Source: Trypanosoma brucei | Lineage: Eukaryota | Assembly: GCA_000002445.1 (NCBI GenBank) | Contig: CP000068.1 | Location: 1,504,001 to 1,568,000 of the forward strand | Reading direction: 5' to 3' | DNA length: 64,000 bases | Shown here: one piece after another, positions 50,606 through 63,127 of the stretch | Numbering within the stretch: position 1 is the first letter of the stretch | How the letters are laid out: the number at the start of each line of letters is the position of its first letter | The notes under the pieces: model-generated | Told to the model about the DNA's origin: nothing | The model's database searches: none | The model's input: only the letters and a program-made list of their open reading frames with translations | Translations under genes and position numbers: made by a program

Positions 50606-52147
50606 TTAAAATAGTAATGCCACAAAGGCAACCGACATTAGAGTAAATTTTTTATTAAAAAAAATACTGGAATCATTGCAAGCAATATTTTTCCATTTAC
50701 AGCTTTTGTCATCCTCACATTTTGCCTTATCAGTTCCGTGTCTTGCATATCCAGATGTATCTGTTCCTTCTCCTGCTTTTTCTACTGCTTTTTTGGCTTC
50801 CTCGCTCAATGTGCACTTTTTGTTGTGTTCCTTTGCTTCGCCGCTCCACGTGCATGGCGGTTTGCAATCTGTGTCTTTTTCTTTTTTATTGCATCCTTTT
50901 TCGGCTTCTTCTTGTTTTGTTGAGTCACCTGAGGCTGTTTCTGCTGCTGCTGCTGGACTTGCTGTTGGCCGCTTAAGCGCTTCCATGCAGTTTAGTGCTA
51001 GGAGGGTCGTTAGGGAATTATTGAGTGTGTGAATTTGTGCCTGTAGTCGAGTTATGGCGGCCTGTTTCCCGTGTAGTGCTGTTTGTTGTTCCGCTGCCGT
51101 CGCCAGTTTGCCGAGCCATTCTGGCGGTGCTATATCGGCTGGCCCGGTCCGAAAGCTTGCGCAGGCACCACTGTTTCCGCTGTTCTCACCGTCGCAGTTG
51201 CCTGTGCCCTGACCAGCGATATGGCCTATGATGCCGGTTTTGCCTGTCGTACCTTTGGCTGCGTTTAGTTCGGCCTGCAGTGCAGCTGTAATTTCAGTTA
51301 GTCTTTGCCTGTGTTGCGTTGCTGCGGTCCCGACCGTCTTCCGGCAGTCTTGCAGTATTGTCGACCAGTCCGTTATTTCTTCGTTTTGTTCCCCGAAGTT
51401 TTGGTTGCCTGTTGGGGTGCTGTAGCACGCCGTGTTTGTTCTCGGTCCTGCGGCGGTTGACGCGCACAGGCAAGCTATTGTTTCCGCGATTGATCTTTTG
51501 GCCGATGCGCCTGGGCCGGTGTCGCCCTTGCCGCAGTGGGTCTCCCTGTCCCCGCCGGCGCCTGGCAACTTCGGCTTGGTTGTTTTTGTCGTTACACCGT
51601 AGATGGCTTAAATCAAATGTTTTTTGACTGGGTCGTTGGTGTCGCCGTTTGAAAATATTTTGTGTGTTGTAGCAATCTTTATGAGTTTTTGCAGCGTGTT
51701 GTTTATCTTTTCCTTGAATCCGCGGTTTTCTGTGGTGGCCTGTAGAAGCTTTTGTTTTTCTGCTTCTGGTAAGCCTTTGAAATATGTTGCAGCTGCCGTG
51801 CACCGAGAAAGTTTTTCCTTTTTACATGCAGTTGAAATAGCGTCATTGTCGTCTGGTTTTGGCTTGCTGTATGTAATAAGCGACGCAACTTTGCTTATAG
51901 CTGTTGGTTGTTCCATGATTAATGACATGAATTGTGAATTTTGTGCTGCCTCCTTGGAAGCCTGTGCTGGTGCCGGTGCTGCTGAGCCTTCTTCCTCCGC
52001 TAACACCACTGCACATAACAAACTAAATGGGCCTCGGTTTTCTCCTTTGCTGGGTCCAGCTGCTGATACGTGTGTTGCTATTGACACGAACACCGCACAT
52101 ATGGCTACTAACAACATTGCTTGGGGTTTTTTCTGACGCTTAAACAT
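50606..52147 (-). pseudogene. VSG, near-intact: a single in-frame TAA (51605-51607) is the only break in a complete 500-codon VSG. Paralogue of 40596..42197
   Basis: ORF 51608..52147 reads MFKRQKKPQAMLLVAICAVFVSIATHVSAAGPSKGENRGPFSLLCAVVLA… and ends …DPVKKHLI*. The same frame continues AIYGVTTKTTKPKLPGAGGDRETHCGK… (ORF 50606..51568) to …KKCTLSEEAKKAVEKAGEGTDTSGYARHGTDKAKCEDDKSCKWKNIACNDSSIFFNKKFTLMSVAFVALLF*. The paralogue has LEEAIYG where this has LI*AIYG, so the stop is a GAA to TAA change. Confidence 0.85.
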
Positions 52148-52789
52148 TGCTGTTCGCTGAAGTACTAATTTTCGCTTGGTTAGGGACTTGTTGGTTGTAT
52201 AACAGTTGAAGATACATCGATGCCGGGTTGTATTCTGGTTAATTTCCGCAGAAATGCTGCAAATTTGAAACCGTGTAATCTCGCTATGGTTGAAGTGTTA
52301 CTTATTATGCCGCTTATCAGCCGTTATTGCCCGTTTTAAAGGTAATACATCTGACTATGCTCATTGTTTTTTCTTTTCGTTGATGGTAAGGAACATAATG
52401 GTACTGCCATAAAAAGTGACAGCTTCAGCAATTCATTTATAAGTCGCTCCATTCGTATGATAACAGGTGGCAGCTTCAGCTTGTAGTGAGGTGCATGTTC
52501 GGTGTTTGCCACTGCGCCTTCAACGTGGAAATCTCTGCTTTTGCTTATTTTTGCTGCGAACTTTCCGTGATTTTGGGAATGGCGCAGCGAAACATTATGC
52601 TTGTGTGAAGCCATGACCGCTTAAGTGTCACCTTATGTGTCGGAAAGATATACGGTGATTGATAAGGTTTAAAAGTCTTTAAATTTTCAACCGCTGTGTG
52701 AAAACATCTCTTAACAATATATTGACATAAACTCAGACGTAAAAAATACCCTTTCATTTATACAGCTGACACGTTTCCTCACATTCCCC

Positions 52790-53346
52790 ACATTCAATTT
52801 CTCCATTGGCAATATTTCAAGGCACTGTAACAACAATGGCACCCTCATAAAAATATTATCATCTGCTTTCATTATATAAGGGTTTGTTGGCTTGAATAAT
52901 TACACTGCAAATTTAAACTACAGATACGTGTTTCTACTCATCGTGAGTTCTGCTTCCCATCCCCAATTACACCCCTCTCCAACTTTTTTATCTGCTGTAG
53001 GATTTACATCGCAAACTGGTAAAATAATAATATCCTGCTTTAACTCCGCCTCTTCTTCAGCGATTACTCTGAGCTCGCAATTGTTATTTGTATGAGGTGA
53101 AAGGGTATATACTACAGACAACTTCCCAGTAAAATTATTTACCTTCCTTGCCGCTTCGGGATAACTCCAACACGTTTCCCTCTGAAGGTTGCGCCTTCTG
53201 AATCTCCCATCATTATCTATGGAAGGTATTCCAGCTACAACCAAATAATCGTCGGCTTTCCAAATCATCCTTACATCTTTCGAAACAAATTTAATACACT
53301 CATCCTCAACACCTTCTAGTGAAATAGTACCACCTTCACCAAACAA
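52790..53346 (-). pseudogene. GT31/GT67-like glycosyltransferase pseudogene fragment, copy 3 (middle ~560 bp only; carries the same TAG and TAA as copy 2)
   Basis: 52790-53340 is base-for-base identical to 42800-43350. ORFs 52892..53095 (+) and 42902..43105 (+) encode identical peptides at a 9,990-bp offset, and ORF 52918..53346 matches 42928..43458 apart from its 5' end. Confidence 0.5.
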
Positions 53347-54699
53347 GCTTTATAGCGAAACACTAACGCTAGTTCCCATAATAATAAAGACTAAACTAAC
53401 CGGTGTATCATAAATACTTCATATATACTTCATACCTTCCTATTATCGTACTAATGAGAAGCTTGTAATTCATTTAAAAAATAATAGACAACATCGATAA
53501 AAGAAGTGTTAGTTCCATAAATCTATTTAGTGAAGGAATCCCTGTTTACATATATAAGTCATCATATGATATTGTTATGATATAAGTGTTAAAATGTGTA
53601 TTTTCCTGTCTTCAGCATTTATTTGAGAAACATATACTGTATTTGTTTTTGCTTTAAAAGTGAGACTCAGCCAAACCTAATGCAACAAAGCCGACGAACT
53701 ACACTTTTCCTTACATTATTCACATATCCCCTATAAGCAATGTCATAAAAATTTCGAATCTTAGTTGCGGTAGGTAATAGAGAATTACTAAAAATTTTGC
53801 TTCTTTCCTGTGCTAAAGACCCTTACCATTCTCTTTCATTATGAGACTTCAATAACCATAAATTTATGAACTACTGTCCCTTTTTTTCGATCATCATCTA
53901 TAGAAGCAGAAGATATCTTTTTTTTTGCGCAAAATATGGAACACGATCTATGCTGATGCATTTTTCCATCTGAGGTACATTTCCACGCCTGCCATTCTTC
54001 ACTTTGTATTTTATGTGTTTAATTTTACTCTATTGCTGCTACCAGTACCGATGACATAACAATCTGATTTTACCATTCACTTTATTTTGATTTTGCATGA
54101 TAGCCATATCCTTCTTTTTGTGCATGATAATTCCCATAATTATATCGATTTTAAGGTGCGTATACTCCATTTCCATCTACCCTTTTTTTGCTTTTTCTTT
54201 CATAATATTCCTCTTACTCTCCTACTTACTATCGCATTTACTATACCCATCATTCTCAACCCACACTTGTCATCGTTTCAAATGCTTCTGTTTCGGCTGT
54301 TCATTCTGCTATTACCGCTACTATAATTATCATACATATACGAACCAACAAAATGTTCTTATCATTAGGCTTGTCCCTTCCATCACCATTACTATTTTAA
54401 ACCTAACTAGTATAAAAAATATAAATCAAATTAATATTTTTTCATAATTTCACTCATTTTTCACGTCATATCACCTTTCCACTTTACGTCCATAGGCCCA
54501 TTTCATGTACATTTCACTAAAATATAATATTTTTCAGATTTTTTAAAACTTTCAAAAGTTTCACGTTTCTCAAAAGCTTTAAAAATGTGTTAACATATAT
54601 TATATTTCATAAAATTCTCTCAAAATAAAAATATTCATAAAAATCATAAAATTGAGCAAAAATATTTAGATTTTTATAATCCAAATATAAAACAAAAAT

Positions 54700-56148
54700 C
54701 ACAAAATCAACAGACATAAGAGAAAATTTCTTATTGACAAGAAAACTGGAATCTTTACAAGCATTATTTTTCCATTTGCATCCATCTTTTCAGTGTTCTT
54801 GTTTTGTCTTTTCAGAGCACTTTGAAGTTGCCCCTGCTGCTCCTACTCCTGTTTGTGTGGCCTGTTCATTTACCTTTGTCGTAATAGACTTGCAGTGTTT
54901 TTCATCTGTTTCGTCCACTTACCATTTTCATTTTTCATTGGTTGTGCAGTCAGCTGCTTTTTCTATTGCTTCGCATTGTTTTTTGTTGGTTTCTGTTGTG
55001 TTTTCATTCGGTGGTTTGGCGTCTGCTCTAGTTGTGGTTGGCTTGGCTACGCTAGAACTCCTGTAAATTTCCCACGCTGTGGAGTTTATTACTTTCAATT
55101 GCGTTAGCAGGCTGTCGATCCGCCCATGTGTCACCAGTCGTTTGTCTGGTTAGCCCACGGCCCTTTCCAGATCCTGCATTCAGGTAATGCCGTTGTCGCT
55201 GTCACCAAGTTAGTGCTTGTAATTTACGGACATGCCATTGCTGCCATTGCCGTCGCATCCTTCGCTGTTTGTGGGTTTACTGAGTACAGCACAGGCTGGG
55301 AAGGCGCTTATGCTGCTAGTGTGCTTTCCCATTAAGTTTTTGACGCTGCCGAGAGCGGCTGCTATGCTGCCAGTTGTTAGCGCTGTTTCTCTTGTTTTCA
55401 GCCGGCATTTTGTTATCATCGTCTGGAGTTTCGTTTCCTTGTCTCCTTTGTGGTCGCTGTGGCCTTTTGCTGTTGGCGTGGTCCCCTTCTCACACGCAGC
55501 GGTAGCGCTTCCTTCCACGCCGACTCATAGACAGTATAGAGCTGTTGTCAAGGGCTTGTCTACTGTTGCAGCACAGGCTGTTCCGCCGCAAGTTTCGTCC
55601 ACACTGGTTGCTACTGTGGATCCGTCAAATGCAGTTTTCTTCTCGCCGTGCAGCGCTTTCTTAATTTTATGCAGGGCTAAAGTTTTGGTGGTGCTATACG
55701 CTTCTACTTACTGCTCCAGTGCGTCTTTTACTGCTTTCGCTGCAGCGTGTACTTTGATTAGGTTTTTGTTTGCACGTTCACGGTAATTACTTTTTGGTAG
55801 CCTTAGGATTCTGGGCTTGCCTGTTGAGTGTTCTTTTTCGTGTACCTCTTCAAGTTTCTTTCGCCAGGCTTCCTACTCACTTTCTTTGCTGTTGCTGCCT
55901 TCTGGTGTCAGTGCGCCATCTTTGGTTGTGTAGTATGTGTCCGTTTCTGTAGAAATATTTGGGTTCTCGATTTCGTTTAAGGTGGTCTGTACTTGAGCAT
56001 CTGCAGTTATGGCTTCCAGTTGCTTCGCTGCATCTTCTAGGGACAAAACGTTGCATATTACCGCAAATTCATTGTCGTTATCGTTGGCTGTTGCTGATAC
56101 CTGGCTTATTACTGTATACAACAAAGCCCAAACTGTGAATAAAGTTTC
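54700..56148 (-). pseudogene. VSG pseudogene, fragmented (start METLFTVWALLYTVISQVSATA at about 56148)
   Basis: Minus ORFs 55873..56373 (N-terminus …NEFAVICNVLSLEDAAKQLEAITADAQVQTTLNEIENPN…), 55210..55518 (mid; …LTTGSIAAALGSVKNLMGKHTSSISAFPACAVL…) and 54928..55134 (C-terminal domain; …KKQCEAIEKAADCTTNEK) lie in different frames. A 16-mer variant is at about 54588. Confidence 0.75.
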
Positions 56149-56360
56149 CATTGTATGGCGCTTTTTTTTCTTACTAAAACGAGGTTGAGAAAACATAGAG
56201 GTAATGAATAGCGTTTTGCTTAGAGGAGTTGTAGTTGTATCTCCACAAGCTACCGACTGCTGTGTTTCTTGTTGCTTGCTCTCCGCGCTGGGGCTGACGC
56301 TTGGTGCAATTTGATTAGCCAAGGTATGGCTGGCTAGGAGTCTGTGAAATGGGCACCTTT

Positions 56361-57250
56361 CTACTGGACACACCGGCCGTTGTTAGCGTCCTTGTTTCCT
56401 TTGCGTCCACACCAGGGGCTGCCAATGCCACTGACCGTCCCAAGTATATGCTGCTGTTGCGCGTTTCCTCCTTTTTTCCTGTTTATTGACTGTCTGAAGT
56501 TGGCCCAGGCTATTTGAACTTCTAGTGGATTGAGTTTGCCTGGGCTTCCAAATTCAGTGCATTTGCTTAGCAGTTTGTCTGCTGCAGTCTTATCGTTTAC
56601 GTTGGAGCTCCAGTTGTCGTTCGTCACGGTGCTTTCTAGGCTGACACCGCATGCTTTTTTCGTGCCTAAGTTCAGGTGGTCTCGCCCCGCGCATAGACAA
56701 AGCAAGTCGGTGGCTATTGAGTTTCCCGCTTTGTTGTTTGCTCCCCCATCCTTTTCTGAGCACGCCTGTGCCCGTGTCGCGTGGCCTATCATCGCCGGTT
56801 TGCTTCCCGTGTTTCCGGCTCCATATAGTGCTTCTTCTGCTAGTGCGGCTGCATGCTCAGCTGACGATTTTGGTGGCTTATTCGCTGTGTTGAAAGCTTC
56901 GAGCGCTCGGTCGGCCGCTTGCCTAATGTGCTCCACTGTTTTGGGTGAGTGCTTTCCTGCCGTCCATTTTTCTATCGTTTCTTTAGACTTTTGTAACTCT
57001 TGTTTTGCTGCTTTGTAGAAAGGCCAGATTGATGCCTTGTTTTCCAGTGTCTTGCGTTGGTCTTCTGTTAGCCATGCCCATTCCTTTGACGTGTCTATGG
57101 CTGTTACGAATATTTTGGCAAGATGCTTAGATTTAGCGCACCGATGTATACGGAGGTGGGTACCGATGCCTTTTTGATTGGGGGTGCCTCGATGGCGGCC
57201 CTTTCTAAGTTTGCAATGTTGCAGAGAGAGAGCGGAATTCTGCTGTATTG
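56361..57250 (-). pseudogene. VSG 5'/mid fragment abutting the 5' end of the preceding VSG pseudogene (no 3'UTR, no 70-bp repeat between them)
   Basis: ORF 56361..56936 reads …ALAEEALYGAGNTGSKPAMIGHATRAQACSEKDGGANNKAGNSIATDLLCLCAGRDHLNLGTKKACGVSL…NWSSNVNDKTAADKLLSKCTEF…. It is collinear with the mid domain of the intact VSG at 58852..60297 (ALYGETGNS…NSIALDILCLCGKHSGEARGNTACGKQL…). Confidence 0.7.
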
Positions 57251-58579
57251 TTGTGTGTCTGACTAGTGAGCACCATGTACCTGTATAAATTTCACCAGCA
57301 CCGCGAGTGTCACCATTGCTAGTACCTCCTCTGAACTCAGTGGTATCATGACCATCTGAGCCTCCGCTCAGTGATCTTGCCTAGTGATAGACAGATGGGT
57401 TGAGATATGGCCACAATAACCTGTTTTATGAGAATTTTCCCTTAATACTCTAGTTTTTATGTTATACCTGCTAGTAAATTTTTAAAGCCTTTTGCCATTA
57501 AGCTATAAAACTCTTATATTTTTTCCATCAACCGCATTTTCTACTTCTATAATATGTTGAACACCTTTATGGATATAAAACTTCAATTTTTTATACTTGT
57601 TAAGCATTGACACTGTCCATAAACTATTCACCATTACATGCCGATTTTACAACAATATACTGCTGTTTTTTACAAACAACGGTCCTTGGCAGTTTCTCTT
57701 TCGAATTATAGAATATTTTATACCTATTTCTGTTTGTATATCGCAAATCTTTTCCAAGCCGAAATGTCTTTGGCTCTACACTTCCTTTGGTTGCTGCATT
57801 AAAGCCGGATCAGCAATAAAATTCATATGAATTCTGCTCTCTTTCAATACCGTCATATTTTCAGCAGTATACTAGTAAGAAATTGGTGGTATATCATCAC
57901 TGACTTTTTTGATTCATAGAGATCTTCTAACGATTCATATATTTGTTATTTTTAGTATTTTGCTTGTTTGTGTTATTCTTTTGTCGTAAGGAACAATCCA
58001 TTAGTCGTTATTGCTTTAAAAGTAGCACCCGATAATATCATATTGTTTCCAACAAAAATTAACCACTGTTACTATATCAGATGAGAAGAATAATTCGAGA
58101 TTACCTCACAGTTACTCATTTTCTTTTTGTTACTTCCTCTTCCTAACATCTTGATATTAGAATCCGCCATTAGTGTGAAACCTACATTCGCCAACATCAT
58201 CTCTTCGATAACATTTACCCATTTTCAATAAATACAGATTATTATCGGCTCCTTCTGTTGTATTATTTTTTCTCTGTGATGTGCTTTCGTTCATCTCATG
58301 ATTTCACTACTTATTTTCCTTTCTTATCTTTCGTATTCTGTTACTGTTTCTGCGTATGAAGTAGCAACGTTTTTGTATTTTATACTGCACTCTGTGTTTC
58401 CATCAACTCCTTGTGTATGATAATGCTAATCATCATGTTTTATCTCACGTGAGCATATTTTGTTCCTTTCACTTTATGAAAATTACAGTCTTTCTTTTAA
58501 TAATACTCCTCGTATTTACTCACACCCATTTCGTTCCCATCGCTGTTTTAAGTGTCTTTACTTTTGACCAACCACTTGG

Positions 58580-58660
58580 GCTTCGCTACCATTCTTCCAA
58601 TATTGTTAGTATATTTACACTCACAACACATCACTATAACAATCACAATTACTATTAAAA
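58580..58660 (-). repeat. 70-bp repeat unit (degenerate)
   Basis: aatattgttagtatatttacactcacaacacatcactataacaatcacaattactatta. Confidence 0.65.
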
Positions 58661-58851
58661 CCATAATTTACTCCAATATACATAAAATAGAAGAAAAAGA
58701 AGGAAACTTTTCATACCCTATTACTTTACAACTACGTGCCATTAACATAATAAATATTGAAATATTCAAAAAGTTTTAAAAGTTTACAAAAGTGTTAAAA
58801 TATATCAGACACTTGAAAAATAGCAAATTTTATAAAATTGGGAAACAATCC

Positions 58852-60297
58852 TTAAATATTTGCTCCTAAGGTCAAAAATGCAAGCAGAATAGGGTCCTTA
58901 TGAATGACAAAAGAATTGCTCCATGTGGTGTTTGTTGTTTTCTCTTTTTTTCCTTCTTGATTTTCTGCTGCCTCTCTGTCTTCTGCTGCTTTCCCTTCCT
59001 CACTCAATGTGCACTTTTGGCCGGCTGGCTTATTTTCATCGAATGTGCATCCTGTTTTCTTTCCACATTCAGTTTTATCATCTCCTGCTTTGTTGCACTC
59101 TTCATCCGCTTTGTTTTGTCTATTTGATTGGGCATCGCCGTCGTTTTTGCTATTTAGTAATGTCGTCATGGCCGGTACTGTGTCTTCTAGCAAATGCGTA
59201 ACGGTTAGGTTTAGCATGTGGATTCGTTGGTTTAAAAGCTTAAGTGTATGCTGATGTTTTTCGGCTTCCTGTAGTGTGCTGCCTGCGCTTGTTAGCTCTT
59301 TTACCCATGGGATGCCTTGGAGGCCGTTTTGTAGTTGCGCTGTTTGGTAAGCAACACATGGTCCGTGGGTGCTGGTGGCGTCGCCGCTGCAGCCTCCGGC
59401 TCCGGTGCCTTCGAGGTAGCCCAGTGTATTGTGGAAGTCACGGTTTGTTCCTTTGGATTTTGCCATCCGCGCTGCGAATCGGCTAAGGGCGGCGTTGATT
59501 GCCGCCGGGCTTAAGCCGAGTGAAGGCTTCTTGGTGTTGCATTTTTCTATGATGGCGTTGAAAAGTGTGGTCGGGTCGGCGTTTGGTGTCCAGTCGTTAT
59601 CTAGTTCGCCCCTGGTCAATTGTTTGCCGCATGCCGTGTTCCCCCTTGCCTCTCCGCTATGTTTGCCGCAAAGACATAATATGTCGAGGGCAATTGAATT
59701 ACCTGCGTGGCTCCCACCTTTTTTGTTGCTGTTGCCGCAGCCGCTAGCCCGGTTCGTGTCTGGCAGCCTTGCATTTTTGCTATTTCCAGTCTCGCCGTAG
59801 AGCGCTTTGGTTAGGGCAGCAGTGACGGCTTCAGCTTTAATTTGCTGCGCCTCATTTTTGGCCGTTTCGCTGATCTGAAATGCGACTTCTGCCGCCTGGA
59901 TTAACTTTCGCTTTGCCGCTGTCGTTAGTTGCCGTCGTCGTACTTCTGCATAAGATTTTTTGTCTTGCCCGTGGCTAACCTCTAGCACATTTTTTAGAAA
60001 CGCGTATTTGCTAGGTTTGCCGTCCGCCGCTTCTTTCATTGAGGCATTGGAATCACTGTAGTCCTTTTTTAGATCGATCTTGCTTATAAAGTCGGCGTTT
60101 GCAAGAGATATATTTATCACCCCAATTGTGGCTGCTATGTCTTGGGTATCATCGACGGCTGGCACTAGATTGACTTTGCTTTTGGCTAGCGCCGTTAGTT
60201 CGCAGAGAACCTCAAAATCTTCTTGATTCTCTCCCCCACTTATGACTCCATAGACCTGTAGTCTCGCTGTTATCAGAAAGACAACTATTGAAAACAT
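58852..60297 (-). CDS. VSG, apparently intact (481 aa; A-type N-terminus GGENQEDFEVLCEL; C-terminal domain …KCTLSEEGKAAEDREAAENQEGKKEKTTNTTWSNSFVIHKDPILLAFLTLGANI*)
   Basis: Single ORF 58852..60297 with signal peptide MFSIVVFLITARLQVYGVISG and a perfect 16-mer at 58792..58807. The 3' end deviates slightly from the canonical …LLAFLLF*. Confidence 0.85.
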   Translation of the reverse strand: MFSIVVFLITARLQVYGVISGGENQEDFEVLCELTALAKSKVNLVPAVDDTQDIAATIGVINISLANADFISKIDLKKDYSDSNASMKEAADGKPSKYAFLKNVLEVSHGQDKKSYAEVRRRQLTTAAKRKLIQAAEVAFQISETAKNEAQQIKAEAVTAALTKALYGETGNSKNARLPDTNRASGCGNSNKKGGSHAGNSIALDILCLCGKHSGEARGNTACGKQLTRGELDNDWTPNADPTTLFNAIIEKCNTKKPSLGLSPAAINAALSRFAARMAKSKGTNRDFHNTLGYLEGTGAGGCSGDATSTHGPCVAYQTAQLQNGLQGIPWVKELTSAGSTLQEAEKHQHTLKLLNQRIHMLNLTVTHLLEDTVPAMTTLLNSKNDGDAQSNRQNKADEECNKAGDDKTECGKKTGCTFDENKPAGQKCTLSEEGKAAEDREAAENQEGKKEKTTNTTWSNSFVIHKDPILLAFLTLGANI

Positions 60298-62764
60298 GTC
60301 TCTATTTATTGCTGGCCTTGTTTCGTTAAATCTTTAATGTAACAAAAGCCTCTCAGACTGCAGGTGGGTTGATTATGCAAGGATGCTTGATGATTTGCAT
60401 TACTATTTTTAGGTATTATATTGCTACAATGTCTTTTTTGGCGTGGACCCTCCGGTGTAGTACATCCTATAGACAACAACCCGTCCTTACACAGTCATTA
60501 CAACAACTCCAGTGTCGCTTTATGTTGCTTATTATTTTTATTTTCGCTTTATATGGTCCACTGGCGTACATTAAAAATTTAAAGAGTGAAATTTGGCTTT
60601 GCTTTCAGTTTGGGGATGACTAACTTAGGATCTACAGGTCCTGTTCCGTCGGTATTTATCCATTCTTGTCCCTGGCGATGCCGGCCACATCAATGTTGTG
60701 CCAGGGTCCAGTACCCCGTATCATCGAGGGAAGCCAAAAGCTAGCAGCGTTCCTTTCATGGGGAACACTGCTTTGCTCCGACTACGGCATCATACAGCAC
60801 AGGAATCAGCAGCGTCTTGCTCGGACACCATTTTTCATTTGTCTGTCCCTGGACACGTTGCTAGCATGCCATCAGCAGTATCATCCGCACTAAGATGCTG
60901 CTGTCCGGTGATGTGGAACTCCAAAAAAAGGATTGCCAATTGACATCTTTGGGAGAGTCCAGGGTGGGAGGCTTCTCGCCCCATCTGCTGTATTCCGTTC
61001 ATATGCGGAAATACAACAAAAATTATAGAGGGTGTGTTAGGATGAATAAAAAAGGGAGACTCTGCCACAGTCGCCAGACCGATAGCATCTCAGGGCTCTA
61101 CGGTGATGGCTGATAGCCGCGACAGTGGGGGGAAACTCCCACGAAGGCACGAAGAAAATTCCAAAAAAGAAATCCATTCTTGTCCGTCCTTTGCGCTGAT
61201 TCCGCCAGGTAAATCGCTGTGTTCTCATTGGCCATGTTCTCGGCCATTTCGTAGATGTCTGTTATTAATACTGAAGCAACGTCCTCGTAACCTTGGTTTT
61301 TGATTGTCTGATTAGCTTGGGTTGCAGTTTTATTGTTGCGCAGCTGCTGGCGCCAGCATCGTTGCAGTGACTTGAATGGGTTGACTTTTAACTACGCGTA
61401 GATTTTGGGACAGACACTGAGGCTGTTCAGGTTCTGGCCGCTGCGTGCGTGTGAGTGGAATGATAAAAATGCTGCTTTGGCTGCTGGTCTAATGTTCTGC
61501 TCTATTTTGTGGTTGCTGACCCAAAAGATGTGGTAATTCTTATTTCTGGATTTTTCTTGAAGTATAAACGTTACACTACGAGTTACAAGATGTGTTTGTT
61601 ATGTACAGGCCTTCTGTTGTTGAACTTTTCGCTCGACTATGTGCCTAGCTCTGGTGCTTCCTCCTGTGTAGTAAGTTAATCTAGAAGCTAAAGTTTTGAG
61701 ATATGTGCAAAGCATTCGTTTGCGTGGGTGGTCGGCATATTTCTTTATTTCGCGAAAAAGTCTAATTTGTACGTAGAGAAGACAGCTGTTCTGTTCCTGC
61801 ACTCCGGTAAGAAACATTCGTAGATCGATCGTATAACGTGTAAGGCATTTCGAGTAAAGAGAAAATAGAAGGGATACTACCGCGCGGTTGTATCAAAAAA
61901 TATATATTAAATAAAGTACGGAGTAGAGTTGAGGAATTTTCACCTTAACATCTAATTTATAGCATGATATATATATTTATATATAAATTATCTAACATTT
62001 GTAGTCAGTATAGACTTGTAGAAAAGTTCAACTGCTGTTGTACTGGTTCTTCTGCAATAACGATATAAAGCTGACGTTTCACCCTTGCGCACAGCCTTGA
62101 GAATTTAGTACCATCTTCCTATATTATTCTCTCTCTTTCCCTCCTCCTCATAAATTTCTGGCTTGAATGTACTTGTTACTTTTGTATTTGCCCCATATAG
62201 TTCTTCAATCAAACTTCACCATGTATTTTTATATGAATCAGCCGTTACCTTAATAGGATAAAAGTTTTTTTCAATGATTTAGTATGGGAGCGGTGGAGTA
62301 TCATTACAAACTTTCTGTGCTCCACAAATGTTATCTTCGGTCTCCAATGTGTGGGTTCTTATCATTCAATTATTCCTCTTCCTTTAGTCATTCTCCGCAG
62401 GCTCTGCTGTTTTTAATACCGCGGATAACGTAAAGACATCACTTGTCGTGCACACTGCACTCTGCGTCTCAATAATTCTCCACTACATCGTCCCCTAGTA
62501 TATAATGGAACAAAGAACCATATGTGTGTTTTAAACTGTGCATATTCCATATTTCTTCATTCCATATCACTTTATGCCTTTCTTCCTTACCTTTAATATT
62601 CTTCGCTCTGTTCTACTTACTGTTTCATTTACTTACATCCAATATACCATTTATATTTTACAGCGCTTCTATTTTAACTATCCATTTCATCTCAACCACA
62701 ACTGTTATTAAAACATTAGTGTACTCACACCCTCAGCACATTCAATCATTATCATCACCATTTC

Positions 62765-62830
62765 TCTCTCTTATTAAAATATTTGTATATGCACACTCAC
62801 AACACTCTCCTATCATCATCATTATTGTTA
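62765..62830 (-). repeat. 70-bp repeat unit
   Basis: aatatttgtatatgcacactcacaacactctcctatcatcatcattattgtta. Confidence 0.85.
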
Positions 62831-63127
62831 TTTTTGCTATCGTGACTGCTCTTATTCATGAAATGAATAAAAGACAAATTAATTCAGAATAGTACTCAGT
62901 TTTTGCGCACTTTTACCTTAATACTTTATACCTACAGGCCACTTTAATACACATATTTCACATTGTCGAGTTTTTCAAAATCTGCGCATTTTGCAGATGT
63001 TTAAGAAAGCGTTAGAATATGTCAAGTTTTAGAAAATTTTACAAACTCCATAAATATCATAAAAATGAGCAAAAATCCTTTAAATATTACTGAACTCACA
63101 AAAGCTTCGGCCATCGGAGCCAATTTC

